From NCBI GenBank assembly GCA_964016885.1, contig OZ024740.1, forward strand, positions 290,532,001-290,596,000: a DNA stretch of 64,000 nt, written 5' to 3'. Every line of letters starts with the position of its first letter. Within the stretch, counting starts at the first letter, position 1. The stretch comes from Eledone cirrhosa. Taxonomy: Eukaryota. The notes beneath the pieces were generated by a model. The model saw nothing but the letters and a program-made list of their open reading frames with translations. It ran no database searches and was not told the DNA's origin. This document shows positions 62,701 to 64,000 of the stretch, in pieces. The position numbers were made by a program, and so were the translations under genes.

Positions 62701-64000
62701 GGGTGCCCCGTTTTTTTATGGGGGGGGGTCCGTTTTTTATCTGGGTACCCCGTTTTTTATTTGGGTACCCCGTTTTTTATTTGGGTGCCCCGTTTTTTAT
62801 TTGGGTGCCCCGTTTTTTATTTGGGTGCCCCGTTTTTTTTATGGGGGGGTCCGTTTTTTATTTGGGTGCCCCGTTTTTTATTTGGGTGCCCCGTTTTTTT
62901 ATGGGGGGTCCGTTTTTTATTTGGGTGCCCCGTTTTTTATTTGGGTGCCTCGTTTTTTATTTGGGTGCCCCGTTATTTTATGGGGGGGTCCGTTTTTTAT
63001 TTGGGTGCCCCGTTTTTTATTTGGGTGCCCCGTTTTTTGATGGGGGGGTCCGTTTTTTATTTGGGTGCCCCGTTTTTTATTTGGGTGCCCCGTTTTTTTA
63101 TGGGTGGGTCCGTTTTTTATTTGGGTGCCCCGTTTTTTTATGGGGGGGTCCGTTTTTTATTTGGGTGCCCCGTTTTTTATTTGGGTAACCCGTTTTTTTA
63201 TGGGGGGGTCCGTTTTTTATCTGGGTACCCCGTTTTTTATTTGGGTACCCCGTTTTTTATTTGGGTGACCCGTTTTTTATTTGGGTGCCCCGTTTTTTTT
63301 ATGGGGGGGTCCGTTTTTTATTTGGGTGCCCCGTTTTTTATTTGGGTGCCCCGTTTTTTTATGGGGGGGTCCGTTTTTTATCTGGGTACCCCGTTTTTTA
63401 TTTGGGTGCCCCTTTTTTTTATGGGGGGGTCCGTTTTTTATTTGGGTGCCCTATTTTTTATTTAGGTGCCCCGTTTTTTATTTGGGTGCCCCGTTTTTTA
63501 TTTGGGTGCCCCGTTTTTTTATGGGGGGGGTCCGTTTTTTATTTGGGTGCCCCGTTTTTTATTTGGGTGCCCCGTTTTTTTTATGGGGGGGTCCGTTTTT
63601 TATTTGGGTGCCCCGTTTTTTATTTGGGTGCCCCGTTTTTTTATGGGGGGGTCCGTTTTTTATCTGGGTACCCCGTTTTTTATTTGGGTACCCCGTTTTT
63701 TATTTGGGTGCCCCGTTTTTTATTTGGGTGCCCCGTTTTTTATTTGGGTGCCCCGTTTTTTATTTGGGTACCCCGTTTTTTATTTGGGTGCCCCTTTTTT
63801 TATGGGGGGGGTCCGTTTTTTATTTGGGTGCCCTATTTTTTATTTAGGTGCCCCGTTTTTTATTTGGGTGCCCCGTTTTTTATTTGGGTGCCCCGTTTTT
63901 TTATGGGGGGGGTCCGTTTTTTATTTGGGTGCCCCGTTTTTTATTTGGGTGCCCCGTTTTTTTATGGGGGGATCCGTTTTTTATTTGGGTACCCCGTTTT

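Larger units (their letters stand above)
1..64000 (+). repeat. Tandem satellite DNA array of ~20-bp monomers: type A TTTTTTATTTGGGTGCCCCG interspersed with type B TTTTTTTATGGGGGGGTCCG; runs off both window ends
   Basis: Seen directly: every line consists of A or B monomers or variants with 1-2 substitutions or homopolymer length changes. No unique insert or inversion was seen. About 3,200 monomers (64000/20). Confidence 0.99.

Noticed and set aside
25-63847. Very long overlapping + strand ORFs (up to 2440 aa) of FLFGCPVFYLGAPFFIWVPR repeats
   Set aside because: A stop-free 20-bp unit cycles through all three frames every 60 bp, so all frames give the same peptide. Frequent 1-bp homopolymer indels show no frame conservation. 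Most starts are TTG/GTG from the repeat, and stops arise only from sporadic variants. Not CDS.
1-64000. Absence of minus-strand ORFs as a sign of coding-strand selection
   Set aside because: TTA in each monomer gives TAA on the minus strand, closing every frame about every 60 bp. This is a trivial consequence of the unit.
1-64000. CRISPR array or other repeat-spacer system
   Set aside because: There are no unique spacers, leader or associated genes. The intervening units are themselves homologous monomers.
1-64000. Telomerase-synthesised telomeric repeat (TTTGGG / ATGGGGGG-like, G/T-rich strand)
   Set aside because: Point variants are inherited in kb-scale duplicated blocks, which indicates recombinational copying rather than templated addition, and no canonical TTAGGG or TTTAGGG tract is present. 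A subtelomeric location is not excluded.
1-64000. Intrinsic terminators (GC dyad followed by T6) in every monomer
   Set aside because: GGG-TG-CCC gives only a 3-bp stem with a 2-nt loop, and there is no transcription unit context.
1-64000. Whole window as a sequencing or basecalling artefact or a synthetic concatemer
   Set aside because: Nested, collinear variant strings with graded divergence over tens of kb fit natural satellite evolution. Individual homopolymer lengths and exact copy numbers could still be erroneous.
1-64000. Embedded transposon, inversion or unique island
   Set aside because: None was seen on reading through. No A-rich (reverse-orientation) monomers or non-repeat stretches occur.

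Overview
The whole 64 kb window is one uninterrupted, single-orientation satellite array of about 3,200 monomers of ~20 bp, with no unique sequence, gene, RNA gene, transposon or CRISPR array. Two monomer types dominate: A = TTTTTTATTTGGGTGCCCCG and B = TTTTTTTATGGGGGGGTCCG (14/20 identical). The long + strand ORFs are artefacts: monomer A has no stop in any + frame, while its reverse complement carries TAA. The real information lies in the order of variant monomers. They follow a strict local grammar and form nested higher-order repeats and block duplications (about 201, 278, 1241, 2011, 2464, 3565, 5107, 5.4k, 8284 and 10.2k bp offsets), regional variant domains, and one mirror-like layering in which outer copies resemble each other more than inner ones. 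This looks like eukaryotic heterochromatic (centromeric, pericentromeric or subtelomeric) satellite. Organism, family name and function cannot be established from the sequence, and I see no evidence for a novel protein-coding system. Block boundaries were read by eye from marker variants and are approximate.
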